Below are positions 22,396-34,901 of a DNA stretch of 64,000 nucleotides, one piece after another; the stretch's first letter is position 1, and the number at the start of each line of letters is the position of its first letter. The DNA is taken from positions 1-64,000 of the forward strand of contig MU619317.1 of NCBI GenBank assembly GCA_025201805.1, given 5' to 3'. Under the pieces are notes generated by a model, which saw only the letters and a program-made list of their open reading frames with translations, did no database searches and was not told the origin of the DNA. The DNA comes from Parasitella parasitica NRRL 2501. Its lineage: Eukaryota; Fungi; Mucoromycota. Made by a program: the position numbers and the translations under genes.

Positions 22396-25094
22396 TGGTC
22401 AATATATAATTTTTTTCTTCTTCCTCTTCAATTCGGCTATAATATCAATGCAAATGATGGGTGTATGATAGAGCGTGAGATAAAGAGAGATATAGAAAGA
22501 GGAAAGAAAAGTGTAAGAAGCGAAAGAAAAAAGACGTATACAGCAAATACCTGATTGTAAAATCAAAGCTTTTTTTAGCACTACATACCACTGTCCTGTT
22601 TTTAATGATATGGAAGCTGAGAAAACAATCTTTTAAGCACAGGATGTAATTAGGCGGACATAACCTTAATCCATGATCCTATAAAATCGCAACTTATTTG
22701 TAGTCTTACAATTAAAGCTTTTGTTATGACCAAAAATAATCATGCTTTTGTGTGCAATGATGAGGATCACTCTTTTTTTATTTTCCATGTAAAATCAGTG
22801 ATACACGTTAAATTGAATGCTAAAAGAACGATCTATAGTGATACGCTTCACTACAACAATAAAAAGGAGAAGGCGCAAGGTTTTCTCCTTCTTTTTTGCT
22901 TTCATGGTTAATCCCTTGCGCCATGTCGCGATTGATAGAGCAAAGGCGTGCTGTTTCACACAATTGCTTTTTTCTGTGTTCTAAGCTGGGTCTTTTATCA
23001 TTATTTTTTTTTGTCGATTTTTGTATTATTGTTGTAACAAGTATCATGTGCCTGAAAGACAACTACATTAATGAGTGCATGTCAACCAAGTTGTCATGAC
23101 AACCATTGTTATATGTAGCTGCTACGAAGATCTCTCGCATAGAATTTGTAGTGGATATTCATGTCGATCTACCTTATGCACCTGCATATCATCTTGATGT
23201 TGTCAATTGAAATCAATGATACACATATTTCTTGATAATCACATGAAGGTAGTTTTTAACTAACGGTTACAAGTAATATACTCTACCTGTTTTTAATGCA
23301 TTCCACAAATTATGAGTATTGTTTTCATGATGTATTAAATACTCTTGCAATAATAGCTACTGTATGCTGTATGTTTTCAAGCTTGAAGAAGCTCGTTTAT
23401 TTGCGCAAGTAAAGTAACAAAGGTTATGGGTGGTTGTATGTAGCACAAAAAATTGTTCATCAGTGCTACATTTAACCAGATATCGGGATAAGGTTACCTG
23501 TATATTATTATTACAACGTGCTTCCTTCCTCTCACTATTAAAAAAAAAAAACTTACCTAGCTCTATAAATCTTTTAGTTTTTCCATGTGTTTATTGTTTA
23601 ATCTGATCATTTATGAAAAATTGAGATTCGTATGTAGCAGAATATAGACAAGACTACGAAAAAACATGTGTTTATGCTAACTACAGGGTCCATATTCGGT
23701 CCTAACCTTCATCAGATTCGGAGTGTTGCGATGGCTACCTCTCTTATTGTAATACTATCCTTGAATGGATAAGTGTAATATGAAAATGCGTTCATGACCA
23801 TGCCAATTTCATCGTACGATTTTTTGACATGTCAAGAAAGAGGCACTAGTATTTTTTTTTGTAGATTTTATATGTACATACATTGCGTTTTAGCTTTGTA
23901 ACCTTTATCACCATTAATAGTAAAAAGACACATGTAAATTCTATAAAGACACGTATATCCGAAGACCAGATGCTAAATCCCACCCAACTACGTGATTTTT
24001 AACGGTTTCTGGAAAATATAATATTATATGGGTAAAATTGTAAAATATCATAAACAAATACGTTCTATCTTTTCCCTACATTATAAATATCAAAGGATTT
24101 ATACGATAAGCACTCGTTTATAAAATAAAGTGCGCACTCGAATTAGCTTTGTGCTTTTGTGGTAAATAAAATCATCAGCCAGATATCCTCCTTGCAATGA
24201 AGCGAAATACCACTCTAGAAGATAAGCAGTTTTGACGACATAGGTCTTAACTTCTTTGGCCACAGGTAAAAAGAAAATGACCAACAGTTTCTGAGGATTA
24301 TACATAAAATTCCGTAAAGGCAAATGTATAGATTTGTGTTTTGATGTCAAAAATGAGGTCTGATAAGGGTATGTTTTAGTTGAAAACAAGTGTGGTCATT
24401 CACTCTTAGATGTGTTGGGAATGCTTTTTTAGACATTACTTATACTGGATAAAAACGTGCTTCTTTCCAGTGCAGATTACTCAAATATTTTGCCTGAAAA
24501 TTACATCAATATATGCGCTATAACTTACTCTTTGAGTATTAATTAATATGAATTACTCGCTAACTTATTAAATTCGAGAAAAAGTGGCCGAGGCTTGAAA
24601 ATTTGCCGTTAATAAACTTGATTTTTGCAGTAAGGTTCGTTAGGAACTTTGAAGCGGTTTTATGATATCGAACTGCGTACAAACTTAATGTATTCCTTGT
24701 TTCAATTTATTAGTATTCCTGATTAGCAGCCTATCAGAACCCGTAATAGGGCGTAAAATAGCAGGCTTTCCCTCTTAGATTCTAAATCTTCTTTTCCAAG
24801 GTGTTTACGTTATAGACAAGATGATATTTGACAAAACCAGAGTGTAAGCATTTACATGGACACAATAAAGAAATTATCATAAAGAAACATATCCTGCTCA
24901 TACTAAGTACTGTATCCGCATTAAAAGGCTGAATCATGCGTACAATGCGGGTCCAATTCCTACGTTCAAGGTCTACAGGCCACGTCACATGGTGGGGAAG
25001 GGAGCATAAATAAGAGTTGCACCTGACGTCTACAACTTCTTTATCTTCTCTTTATCCTTCTTTTCCGAATTTATGAAAATTCACAGTATCCAAG

Positions 25095-26786
25095 ATGCTA
25101 CGTCCGTCAAAGATATTTGTGCCCTTTCATCAGCTTCGGCACTATATTGAAGCAAGGATATCAGAGTTGATGGTCGTTCAGCAGCCGCTAGTAAGGAACC
25201 ATCAACCAATAATGCTAAAGAAATACATCACTATGACTACGCATCAACAGCAGCAGCAATTTACTGCATTTTTCTCTAATATTCAGAGATCTCTCGCACA
25301 AAAAGCTTATTTTCAACAAGGACTTCCACCTGTTAGAAGAAATATAGTCAATCAAAAGCTATTACTAAAGGTGATTCAACAGCATTTTCCTGTCGTTAAG
25401 GTCTTTTCTGCACCTTCACTTCATGGACGAATGTGGATTGCATCTGGCAATGGACAGCAGCAATTCCGTACAATGATGTCTGGTGCCTCTGCATCTAGCG
25501 GCAGCTCCACTATTTCTTCTTTTGTGACATGGGGATTTCCTCGAACAACAACTGCCACTGTAGGGTTTGGCCGTAATCCAGCATTTGCTCGGCAATTTTC
25601 TACTGGTAAATCACCTTCCTGTGTCACGTTGTTTCAAAATACAACAACAAACACTACTTCAGGGCAGTCCAACGTATTTGCCCACATATCCTCTCGCATT
25701 TTCTCTCCTGCTGGAACCAAGGTGAACCAACCTGACTTGAATGAGAAGCAATCTAGGTATGCTTCATTCCATTCCGTTTGTGCCTCTTACGACAGCAGCC
25801 AAGATTCTTCATTCTCATCTCACGATGGTCGTTTCTCTGCTTTCCAAACTAAAGGCACCAAAGGTATGGGAGAACTGGTTAATCGCAATGACCAAGATGA
25901 ATGTTTATGCAGTGCCGATAAATCAAGACATTTGGTTCGTCGTGAATCTGTCTCCTCTTGTAATAAATTATCAAAGCAAAAGCGCTCAAAGAAGAATTCC
26001 GCCGCTGCCCACAATACCTTAGAATCCATCATTCGTCACGATGATCTTTCCTCATTGCACACTCCAAGTAGCTCAGCTAGCAAGTGCTTGACTAAACGTA
26101 CGAGTAGCAGGCCTCACTCCAAACATCGTCGATTAAAGCACCCACCTGATCAGCATCAACATGTGAGGAGACAAGATGACCATTCATTAACGACAGTAAA
26201 ACACGGAGGAGTAACAAAGAAGAAGCCTTCACCATCTTTGTCGACGCCCGTCTTGTCTACTAATACGTATTTATTTATTACCCTGGGCACACTACAATTT
26301 CTCGACAAGAGAAAGGAATGGTCAACACAAAGCCTTAGTACATCATTCATCGATTCCATCGAACTCATGGCATATGATTACCAAACTCACATCAACTATG
26401 TCTTGAAAATATTGGATACTTTACAAAAACATGGTAAATTTCGTGTGGTTGCTCGTAAAAGTGAACTGCGCATATACTTTCCTGTTCCTCCCAAATCTCG
26501 ACAAGAAGCAATTGAATTCTTGCGCTCACTCAACATTGTTGATTCGATGTTCAGCTACTTTACTATTGTCGTAGAAGAGTGCCAATTTTTGCTCTCGCCA
26601 GATGACCACAATGATGATTATTTCTCTTTCGTTCCCTCTACAGCAGCAACAGCAAATGATGCTACTGTTGACAACAACTTGACAGACACCGCAATTGGGC
26701 CTGACTACTTTAAAGATCTGCAAATGTTTTTGGATCGTACTGATTACCTGATTGAGACAAGTCCTGCTTTTCGTTCATGTCAATAA
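25095..26786 (+). CDS. Hypothetical protein, 563 aa, single exon; possibly related to the stationary-phase protein Spg5-like family
   Basis: Long open frame with S/T/Q-rich low complexity and a globular-looking C-terminal segment (…LDTLQKHGKFRVVARKSELRIYFP…). The family link is a weak recollection only. Confidence 0.7.
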   Translation: MLRPSKIFVPFHQLRHYIEARISELMVVQQPLVRNHQPIMLKKYITMTTHQQQQQFTAFFSNIQRSLAQKAYFQQGLPPVRRNIVNQKLLLKVIQQHFPVVKVFSAPSLHGRMWIASGNGQQQFRTMMSGASASSGSSTISSFVTWGFPRTTTATVGFGRNPAFARQFSTGKSPSCVTLFQNTTTNTTSGQSNVFAHISSRIFSPAGTKVNQPDLNEKQSRYASFHSVCASYDSSQDSSFSSHDGRFSAFQTKGTKGMGELVNRNDQDECLCSADKSRHLVRRESVSSCNKLSKQKRSKKNSAAAHNTLESIIRHDDLSSLHTPSSSASKCLTKRTSSRPHSKHRRLKHPPDQHQHVRRQDDHSLTTVKHGGVTKKKPSPSLSTPVLSTNTYLFITLGTLQFLDKRKEWSTQSLSTSFIDSIELMAYDYQTHINYVLKILDTLQKHGKFRVVARKSELRIYFPVPPKSRQEAIEFLRSLNIVDSMFSYFTIVVEECQFLLSPDDHNDDYFSFVPSTAATANDATVDNNLTDTAIGPDYFKDLQMFLDRTDYLIETSPAFRSCQ

Positions 26787-27471
26787 GCATATTGTTTCTA
26801 TCATTTAAAAGATATTTACTCACTTTTTCTTCGTTCTTTTTTATATATCTATTTATTCGTCTTTTACTGCTAAATATTTACGATAATAAAGATTGCGATT
26901 ATCACCACCGATTTGATTTTACCATTAATTAGCGGACTAATGATATTTTGGTTCAGTGTAATTTTGCGCAAGCGTAATTGATCTTATCTACTAAGGAATT
27001 GAGATATATAAAGGATCCCACAGTTCTTTATTTCCACAATTTCATATACTGATCGTCAATTAATCAGCGTATGGGGTGTGCTTGGTACATATATACACGC
27101 TATGTATAATAATATATTTGACTGCTAAGCAGGTCCCCTTTTGTTGTTTGACAATCCTGGTTATGATTCTTTATTGCGTTACATTACAGCAAGCCTTTTG
27201 AATGCAGTTTAATGTTAAGATTCTCACCATTCATTCTGTTTAACACCAACATTTTCAATTCAACACTCAACAAATAATAGGTTAATATACGAATATAATC
27301 GTCATTCCTTTGTTTTTTACTTAGCCCACCACTAACATATAGTTTCTTTCTAGGGCTTTTCACAAACTTATTATACAGTACTGTATTAAAGAAACTCACA
27401 ACTGACTGTGACTTTGTTTGTTGTTCGTCAAAATTTTTCTTTTTCGCGTGTTTTTTATTGCCATCTCAACA

Positions 27472-29295
27472 ATGTCAAATTCAGAAGCATCAACTCTGGA
27501 AGAACTGACTTCAGATGACCCCTTTTGGCAGGAACATGATGAAGGTAAGTGTTGATTGCTAAAATAAAATAAGTACTGGCTTCCTTATCATCCTTAATTA
27601 TAGAGATAGAAGCCGCCATTCATTCATTAATCGCAGCTGGAATGTCGATCACAATTGCCAAGATCACAGACCAATTGACAGACCAAATAGTAGCGTCTTA
27701 CGATAATACAACATCCCTCTTTGTCTACAAGTCAAGCTGGTGCATTAGAATTGCGCAAATATTAGCTAAATTTGATATTGCTTATGTAGGTTTAGCATTT
27801 AAATTAAAATTGTTCTTGTCACTGATTTTTTTGTAGAACAAAAGTCGCCCTAATTGGGAAAACATTTCAATGCTAATTAATGATAAGCGACTTGGATTAG
27901 TGCATCCCGCTACCAAACAATTTCAAAACTTTGCCCTTCCTTAGCTCCTTCAATAATATCAGCACTCACCAGTTCAGATTCTTATTCGTCAAGCAGCAGC
28001 AAGCAAATCAAATTGTCACCTCTTCAAAAAGGAATTATAGTAGATATGTTTGCCAAGTTGAATGAAACTAAAATGTGGAGACTATCTACAGGTACAGTTG
28101 TCGAACAACAAATGAAAATGTTTGCACTTGAGTGCAACTTTGAGCAGTAAGTATAAAACATGTATTATTTTTGAGATAATGACAAACTCAGAAGTTTTTG
28201 TTTCAAGCCCTGTGCATTCGATGGTATTAGATGTCAGTGACAAAAGCTGGTTGAAGTACTTTACACCTGAAGAAATTCGAGAAATTAAGAATCATCAAAA
28301 GAAAGTACTTGTAGATTTGCCTTCTACAATTGAAGACTATATAAAGAAACTTCGTGAGTGTCAAGACGTTACTGTGTTGAAATCAATGTTGAAGCAAGAG
28401 TCAAGCGATCCTGGTTGCGAATGGATAAGATCCTCTCTCCTCCGATTTATCCATCTCTTCAAATGTAATTACTTACCTTTATCAACGCAAACAGAAGGCG
28501 ACATACTTCGCCGAATTTGGTTTTTTGTTGATACTGCCTTTGACTATTCAAAGATTGATTGCCGAGGGTATTGTATAAATGCTTAACTTTATCATGAGTT
28601 TTATTTACTAATTATTTTCTGTTTTGATATAATATAGAGGGGAAAAGGCCAGCAAGTCCTCGTCTGCTGGTCGTAATGCCCAAAGAGTTTTAGCTGGAGA
28701 GGACAAGATGGAGAGTAAAAGAATGGGAAGAAAAGTAGATTTACTCTTCCTCCGCCAAAGACTTGAGTACGGTTGTGCTGAGTGCGGTCGGTACGACAAC
28801 CAAACCAAAGAATTGTACGACGGTTCATTTAAGATGTTAAAGGTTTTAAAAGACATGATTTATAGCTTGTATAAATCAGCTCCCACTTCACTTCGTGAAT
28901 TGACTCTTATAGGATTTTTAATGTTCGGTAAGTGCAGATTTGCGTTTTATTTATTTCATCATCATTTGCTAACACCATTATGATTGTACCCAGAGACAAA
29001 GTTTACACTTGTTACCTGCGATATACCAATGGGGTACGTTACAAGAGCAACCCCTTTCAAATCAATTGACTTGCCTGAGGAAGCTGACGACCTCACCAAT
29101 CAATTGCTTTCTATATTAAAAGCAGTGTACAGAGCAAGATTGACCATGGAACAAACGAACAGAAAAGTAAGAAAAGAAGTAGTGGAAGTTGACGAACAAT
29201 CTGAAGAAGATTCTATTATTATCGGTCCTTCTTTCAACATCGAACCAAATAGCAGCAAGAGAAGAAAAAGTAATGGAGGAAGTACAGAAGATTAA
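27472..29295 (+). pseudogene. Multi-exon Mucorales repeat-family gene with a putative PD-(D/E)xK (REase-fold, Crinkler/CR-effector-like) C-terminus; one apparent frameshift near 27930
   Basis: Spliced motifs KMWRLSTGTVVE, HPVHSMVLD, EGDILRRIW, GEKASKSS…RN, GRKVDLLF…EYGCAECG…TKE…KVLKDM. Exon 3 needs a frame change before TAG at about 27943. Confidence 0.55.
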
Positions 29296-30064
29296 ATAAA
29301 ATAAAGCATTTTATTGGGTAAATTTTTTATTTTTTTTTTATTTTTCGCTTTTTTTAAGAAGACCGTTTTGCTTCTTCAATTAAATTAAAATGTATGATTG
29401 GCCAGAACATCCGTATACATCGAAAAGGTTGTTGTCAAAACTAGAATCCTCGTCTGTCCTGCCCTCTCCACTCTGCTTCCATAAAGCGTGGGCAGCAGGG
29501 TGTTGCTCACTCAGCAACTTGAGAATCCTTGCTGACATGACCGGGACTGTCTTGTGCGTGGCATTGACAGAACAAAATTAGGCTACCACCATGCCAGCAA
29601 TGATGCTGCCAGTGAGTTGCAACGCCTTGCCGTCAGCATCTCCACCTAGCCAACCAAACAACATGGTGGCACCATGTATGGTGAGAAAGTGGATCAGTCT
29701 CCCAGCGCTTTAAAGATTTACTCAATTTTGAAAGCTCCTTCCTTGTTTTTAAATTTTTAATTAAAATTATTAAAATGGGGTATTCACTTGTATATCGAAT
29801 CCATTGGCTGAAATGTTTTTTATTTTTGCTATTTGAATATCTGACTTTTGTAAAATGATTAGGTAGTTAACAAGTTAGTTCACAGTCCCAGGGCTTAAAA
29901 AGCAAAAATCACTGCTTAAATAAAAAGTTATCGAGTTACGGGATAAACATTCAGGGCCGAAATATACTTCTGATCTTTTAAGAAATCTTAATATGCTCAG
30001 TTCGAATAGTACAGAAGAGAGTAGGATACAGCATACTTATTATGAGCTTCTAAAATTAATTTTC

Positions 30065-31274
30065 AGATCGAGTAGTAGCTGTTAGATGTTCATCTTGCGG
30101 GGGAGAGGGTCATAGAAGAAGAACTCATAGAGATTGTGTCCCATGAACTCAAGTAACGGCAACAACGTAGCAAGTCCAATTGATGAGGCTGCACACCAAC
30201 ATGCGTGTGCAACGAGCCCTTGAATCAAATGACAACAACCTTGCTGCTGAATTGCAACAGTTTGCTGAATACCTTTTTCAGGTTGGCCAAGGAGCTATTC
30301 CTACTCTTAGACTACCTGAAAATAGATCAACAAACCTCATTCCAATCCCTCAAGATATGCTTCTTCCAGGTGATAACCTGTTGAACTTAATTAGAAGCAT
30401 CTACTTTGACATTGCAATTAGCGCATTAGATCCTGAGTATTTTGTTGAAAGGGCTATCTTAACTGCAAAGAACAAAGATGTCAAAGTCATCAACAATCTG
30501 CTCTTACAATGTCTTCCAGGCCATACAATATCCTATGTTAGCCATGATTGCACTTTAGATGAAGAACGTCAGATAGAGATGCCAGTGGAGATTTTAAACA
30601 CCATAGAGAATAGTTCTCTGCCACCCATCAACTCAATCTGAAAATTGGCTCCCCAGTAATGGTTATTCGAAACATTGACCCTGCCGCTGGGATTTGCAAT
30701 GGCACAAGATTGATTGTCAAATCGCTGAAAACAAATGTTATTGAAGCTACCATTGCTACTGGCCCAAACAAAAATGGTATAGCTCTGATTTCGAGAATCA
30801 AGTTTATCAGCTTGGCCACTGAAGGGTATAATTCCCAGTTGACTTTCAAAGGGTTCAATTTCCCATGAGATTAGCATTTGGCATGACCATTAACAAGACA
30901 CAAGGCCAAGCACTCAGCTCTGTAGGTTTATATTTGCCGTGCCATGTTTTTGGTCATGGTCAATTATATGTAGCTTTGTCCCGTGTTCGAAAACCCAGAT
31001 CATTGAAGTTGATGATTCCTTCCGAAATCTCAGAAATAGAAGATCAAGTTGGCAAATTCACCAACAATGTTGTCTTCCGAGAAGTTTTTCAGCAATCGTA
31101 TTAAAAAAAAAAAGAATCTGTAACACTTCGAATGAAGAATGAGAAATCGTCTATTTAGTTTACCAAGCTTTGCATTAAATGGGATGGCCCGCTGCAGGCG
31201 TGAGCTGTGCACCCCCCCCCCATTGGAACAAAGGTCGAAAAAAATTACCGTAGTTCGGGGGTGGAGGCAGCTCG
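30065..31274 (+). mobile_element. Helitron remnant 1: zinc knuckle joined by a large internal deletion to the PIF1-helicase C-terminus; candidate 3' end CAGCTCG|T
   Basis: RCSSCGGEGHRRRTHRDC at about 30082-30137, then LHTNMRV, RAILTAKN, RNIDPAAGICNGTRL, RLAFGMTINKTQGQ, VFGHGQLYVALSRV and NVVFREVF, with frameshifts. The 5' end is undetermined. Confidence 0.88.
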
Positions 31275-31639
31275 TACCCTTATAATAAAATAATGAATTA
31301 CTAAAGTTGTGGTATACAAGGGGTATCCTTAGGGATTAGCACCACGTATACAGTACTAGACGTTGACACTAAAAGAAAGTTTACTGCCATTGTCTGGTGC
31401 GAACTACCACCATCATATAAATCTCATCCTCCTCGCTGTTATCTACCTTTCTCTCATTTTTACCAACAACTGCAATTGGTAAAAATTATCTGGTTCATAC
31501 AGTTTATTAAGCTAGAAATCACAGTCTATAATTAACCTCAAAAGAGACTCCTCAAATTATATCGTATCATAATAAATCTTATAATAAAAGGTACCGAGGA
31601 TTTGATTAGAAATCGCAGTGTTATAACAAATTATAGTGT

Positions 31640-33796
31640 ATGCGAAGGCGTCCCTCCTCTGATTCTGGTAAAAAAAAAGCAGGCCCTAGCCACCGGCAAA
31701 CCAAGCGCTGTACTTCATGCCATATATTAGGTCATAAGAGAAAATCACATAATTCATGTCCTAACAATCCAAAAAACAGTGGTATCCTTATAAATGATAC
31801 AAATGCTGACGCTCAATCTGCTACAGAAAGTGACATGACCCCCACGCCCCAAGCCAGTGTAACTAGATGTGCCTCATGTCAGCAATTAGGGCATTCAAGA
31901 AATACGCACAGTTTTTGCCCTAATAACCCAAGAAATAATTTAAATTAGTTTGAAAGCACAACAGGCTCTGCTGACCCAACAAACTCAACACGACGTCCAA
32001 GAGCAACAAATGCTTCTGCCACACGAAATATTGCAAAAGATCCACAAGATTGCCCACTGAGAGAGATGACCGTGGCCGTATGAGCGTGGAGTGTACTGGC
32101 TGTGGGGCCCTGATGTGGGTGGTAGAGAGAATCAAAACATCATCTAATACCAACCCTAGATTTCAACTATATGCTGTGCAAACAGCTCTTTCAAACTTAA
32201 ACCTCTTAAGCCAACACCTCCTTTGATTGCTGATTTGCTAACAGAATCAACAAGCAAAGGTAGAGAGTTTAGAACGAATATAAGAACTTATAACAGTGCA
32301 TTGAGTTTTGCTTCAATGAGAGTTAAGAAAAAAACAAATCAGACTGCAAGAGAACAAGAGATCTCGAGAGAACAAGAAATTCGAGGTAGTGGAGTATATA
32401 CCTTTAAATTGCACGGAAGTGCGTACCACTTAATGGGCAGTGGTTTACCTGCGGCTGGAGAACGCCCAACATTCTCTCAGATTTACATCTATGATGCTGA
32501 TAATGAGTTGGACAATCGGCATGCTCACACGAGCCATATTTCGAGAAATACATTGGGAAAACTACAAGCATTGATGCATGAGATAAACCCATTTGTAGAG
32601 CATTACAAGTACATGTCTCAAATTGCCTATGAGATAGCAGATAAACAGCAAACCAATAATGTGGGAATCCAGAGACTTCCCAACCTCAAGCGAATCTTCC
32701 GTGCGGATGGTACTCCCGATAGAAGGAGGTATAACAGGCCATTGAGTACATATTAGCTTGCTCATCAACTGCAAACTTTTACCAATTATCGTTTGCGTGT
32801 TGGTAACGGTGAGGTTCCAGGATTCAGGTTTAACGGCAATGATTTTGCTCCTGCTGCTGACACCGATTATATTCCCGTGTCATTGGATGTAATGATTCCT
32901 GGTACCAACCTGTATTCTCTAATCGATAGTACACTCCCACTTTTGGGTAAAGCGGGTGTTGATAAGATATCCCGTCCCTGGGTAGACATGCTCACAAACT
33001 CATTTTTCATGACACTCATGAACGCCAATGACCAGATTTTAAATGGTATCATGCTTGCTCAAATTCCTGGCCAAGAGGTCATATATCGTAGTGCTGATAA
33101 ATGTTCCTCTGAGGTAGCTCAAGTACAATATCCCCCAGGAATGATGAACAGCATTGACGTTGGTGGTCTTCCTCCTCACCTACTGAAACTTAAACAGCAT
33201 TGTCCTATAATCCTGTTGAGAAACATAAGCCCATCTATCGGTCCTTGTAACGGTACAAGATTGATAATCGAGGCCCTTCTCCCAAATGTTATTTCTGCAA
33301 GAATCATTTCAGGTTCCAAAATTGGTAATGTGGTCCTTTTTCCAAAAATATCACCTGATGAGTCCCCTATCAGCTTCCAAAGACACCAATTTCCCATTAG
33401 GCTCGCCTCTGCAATGTCTGTAAACAAGGCTCAAGGACAGACTTTAAAAAAGGTGGGGCCTGTATTTTCCCATGGCCAATTATATTTTGCTCTCCCGAGA
33501 GTCCAAAATCCTAGCTCTATAAAAGTTCTTATAGAGCAATCTGAAGATGAGAAGCAAAAACGAATTTTATTCAATTGCACAAGAAATGCCGTCTTTACTG
33601 AAGTCTTCCTTTAAGACAGTACAATCACTATGACATACTACTTCCTCTTATATTCCATAAATATAATAAAATTTCATTTATTTCGGAGACTGGCTGCCTC
33701 TCAGAGCGAGATGGACCCCTCGTAAACGAAGGTCGATTTTTACCGTAGCGTAGCGAAGGTGCAAAAATCACCAGAGTGGGCGGGGTGACCAGCTCG
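31640..33796 (+). mobile_element. Helitron remnant 2: two zinc knuckles, Helitron N-terminal domain, deletion of Rep and most of the helicase, helicase C-terminus; candidate 3' end CAGCTCG|T
   Basis: CxxCxxxGH…CPNNP twice, CTGCGALMW, FRTNIRTYNSALSFASM, FSQIYIYD, DRRRYNRP, then PPHLLKLK, CNGTRL, QFPIRLASAMSVNKAQGQT and FSHGQLY. A hairpin-capable segment lies at about 33736-33770. The 5' end is somewhere between 31275 and 31640. Confidence 0.9.
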
Positions 33797-34187
33797 TTAT
33801 TTATATAACACATAACGGAGAACACGCTTTAGGATTATATTGTAACTGCTTAAGTCTGAAGATTTTCTCTGCAGGTATCTTTTACCAGAAAAGCGAAATA
33901 CTAATCTAGCAAGATTTATAAATTCTTTAGGTTAAAAATAACGAAATGAGCAGAAGAAGTATGCAAAATAGGAAATTTTTATTAACTGTTACAAACTTAT
34001 TCTTACTGTAAAATTAAAGAATTGTATCTCTCTTAGCTTCAAAGCAATAAGTGCTTCTACTAACAGAAGTAACCACGTGAAGGTGGGGATACGTATACTC
34101 CTAAAAAGTGTTAAAAAGAAAAAAAAAAGCCAATTGTGTTATGAAACATAAGACAATTTACTTTGAAAGAATAGAAAAAGAAAAGTT

Positions 34188-34473
34188 AAGCTATTTGTAT
34201 TACATAACATCCCAGATAAAGTTCACCTGGTAGCTTTACACGATTAACAAATAGCAGCCAAATGTATTACATTACATACACGGAAAGATCCCCTGGTAGC
34301 TTTACACGATTAACAAATGACTAAGAATGGGCGAAGCTATTTGTATTACATAACATCCCAGATAAAGTTCACCTGGTAGCTTTACACGATTAACAAATAG
34401 CAGCCAAATGTATTACATTACATACAAGGAAAGATCCCCTGGTAGCTTTACACGATTAACAAATGGCTAAGAA
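34188..34473. repeat. Nested tandem repeat: 2 x 146-bp unit, each with two copies of the 27-bp core CCTGGTAGCTTTACACGATTAACAAAT
   Basis: Identical cores at 34226, 34292, 34372 and 34438. Units start at 34188 and 34334. Confidence 0.95.
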
Positions 34474-34901
34474 AGAAAAAAGATGAAAGTAGAAAAAGTA
34501 AGAATAAAGAGAAGGAGCCCGAAGAGTATGCAAAAAAAAAATTCGTTTCGTTATTTATAAGAAAAATTTTTCTTCACCAATAGAAATTTTTATTGCGCAG
34601 TTGATATTTTTTTAAACAATAGAGTTTCTTCAGGTCAACAGAAAAAAAATTATTAGCAGTAGAAAAAAAAAACCAACAGTAGAATTATTGTAAACCAGAG
34701 GGTTAACACAGAAATATATATCTCAAGAGTCAGAAACGCATACATTTCCTGAGAGCTTTTCCAAATCCATGGGTTAGAAACAACAACGTCTCTCAAATGC
34801 TACTTTGTTTAGAATTGGTGTAACGAGTCTTGGGATTTTGGCTTTGGTGTTTTCTTAATGATATCCTTTTTATAAAATTAACCTATTTATTATTACTTGC
34901 A

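Noticed and set aside
34226-34464. CRISPR-like array (27-bp repeats with 39-53 bp spacers)
   Set aside because: Spacers 1 and 3 are near-identical, spacer lengths alternate, there are no cas genes and the context is eukaryotic. It is a 146-bp tandem duplication.
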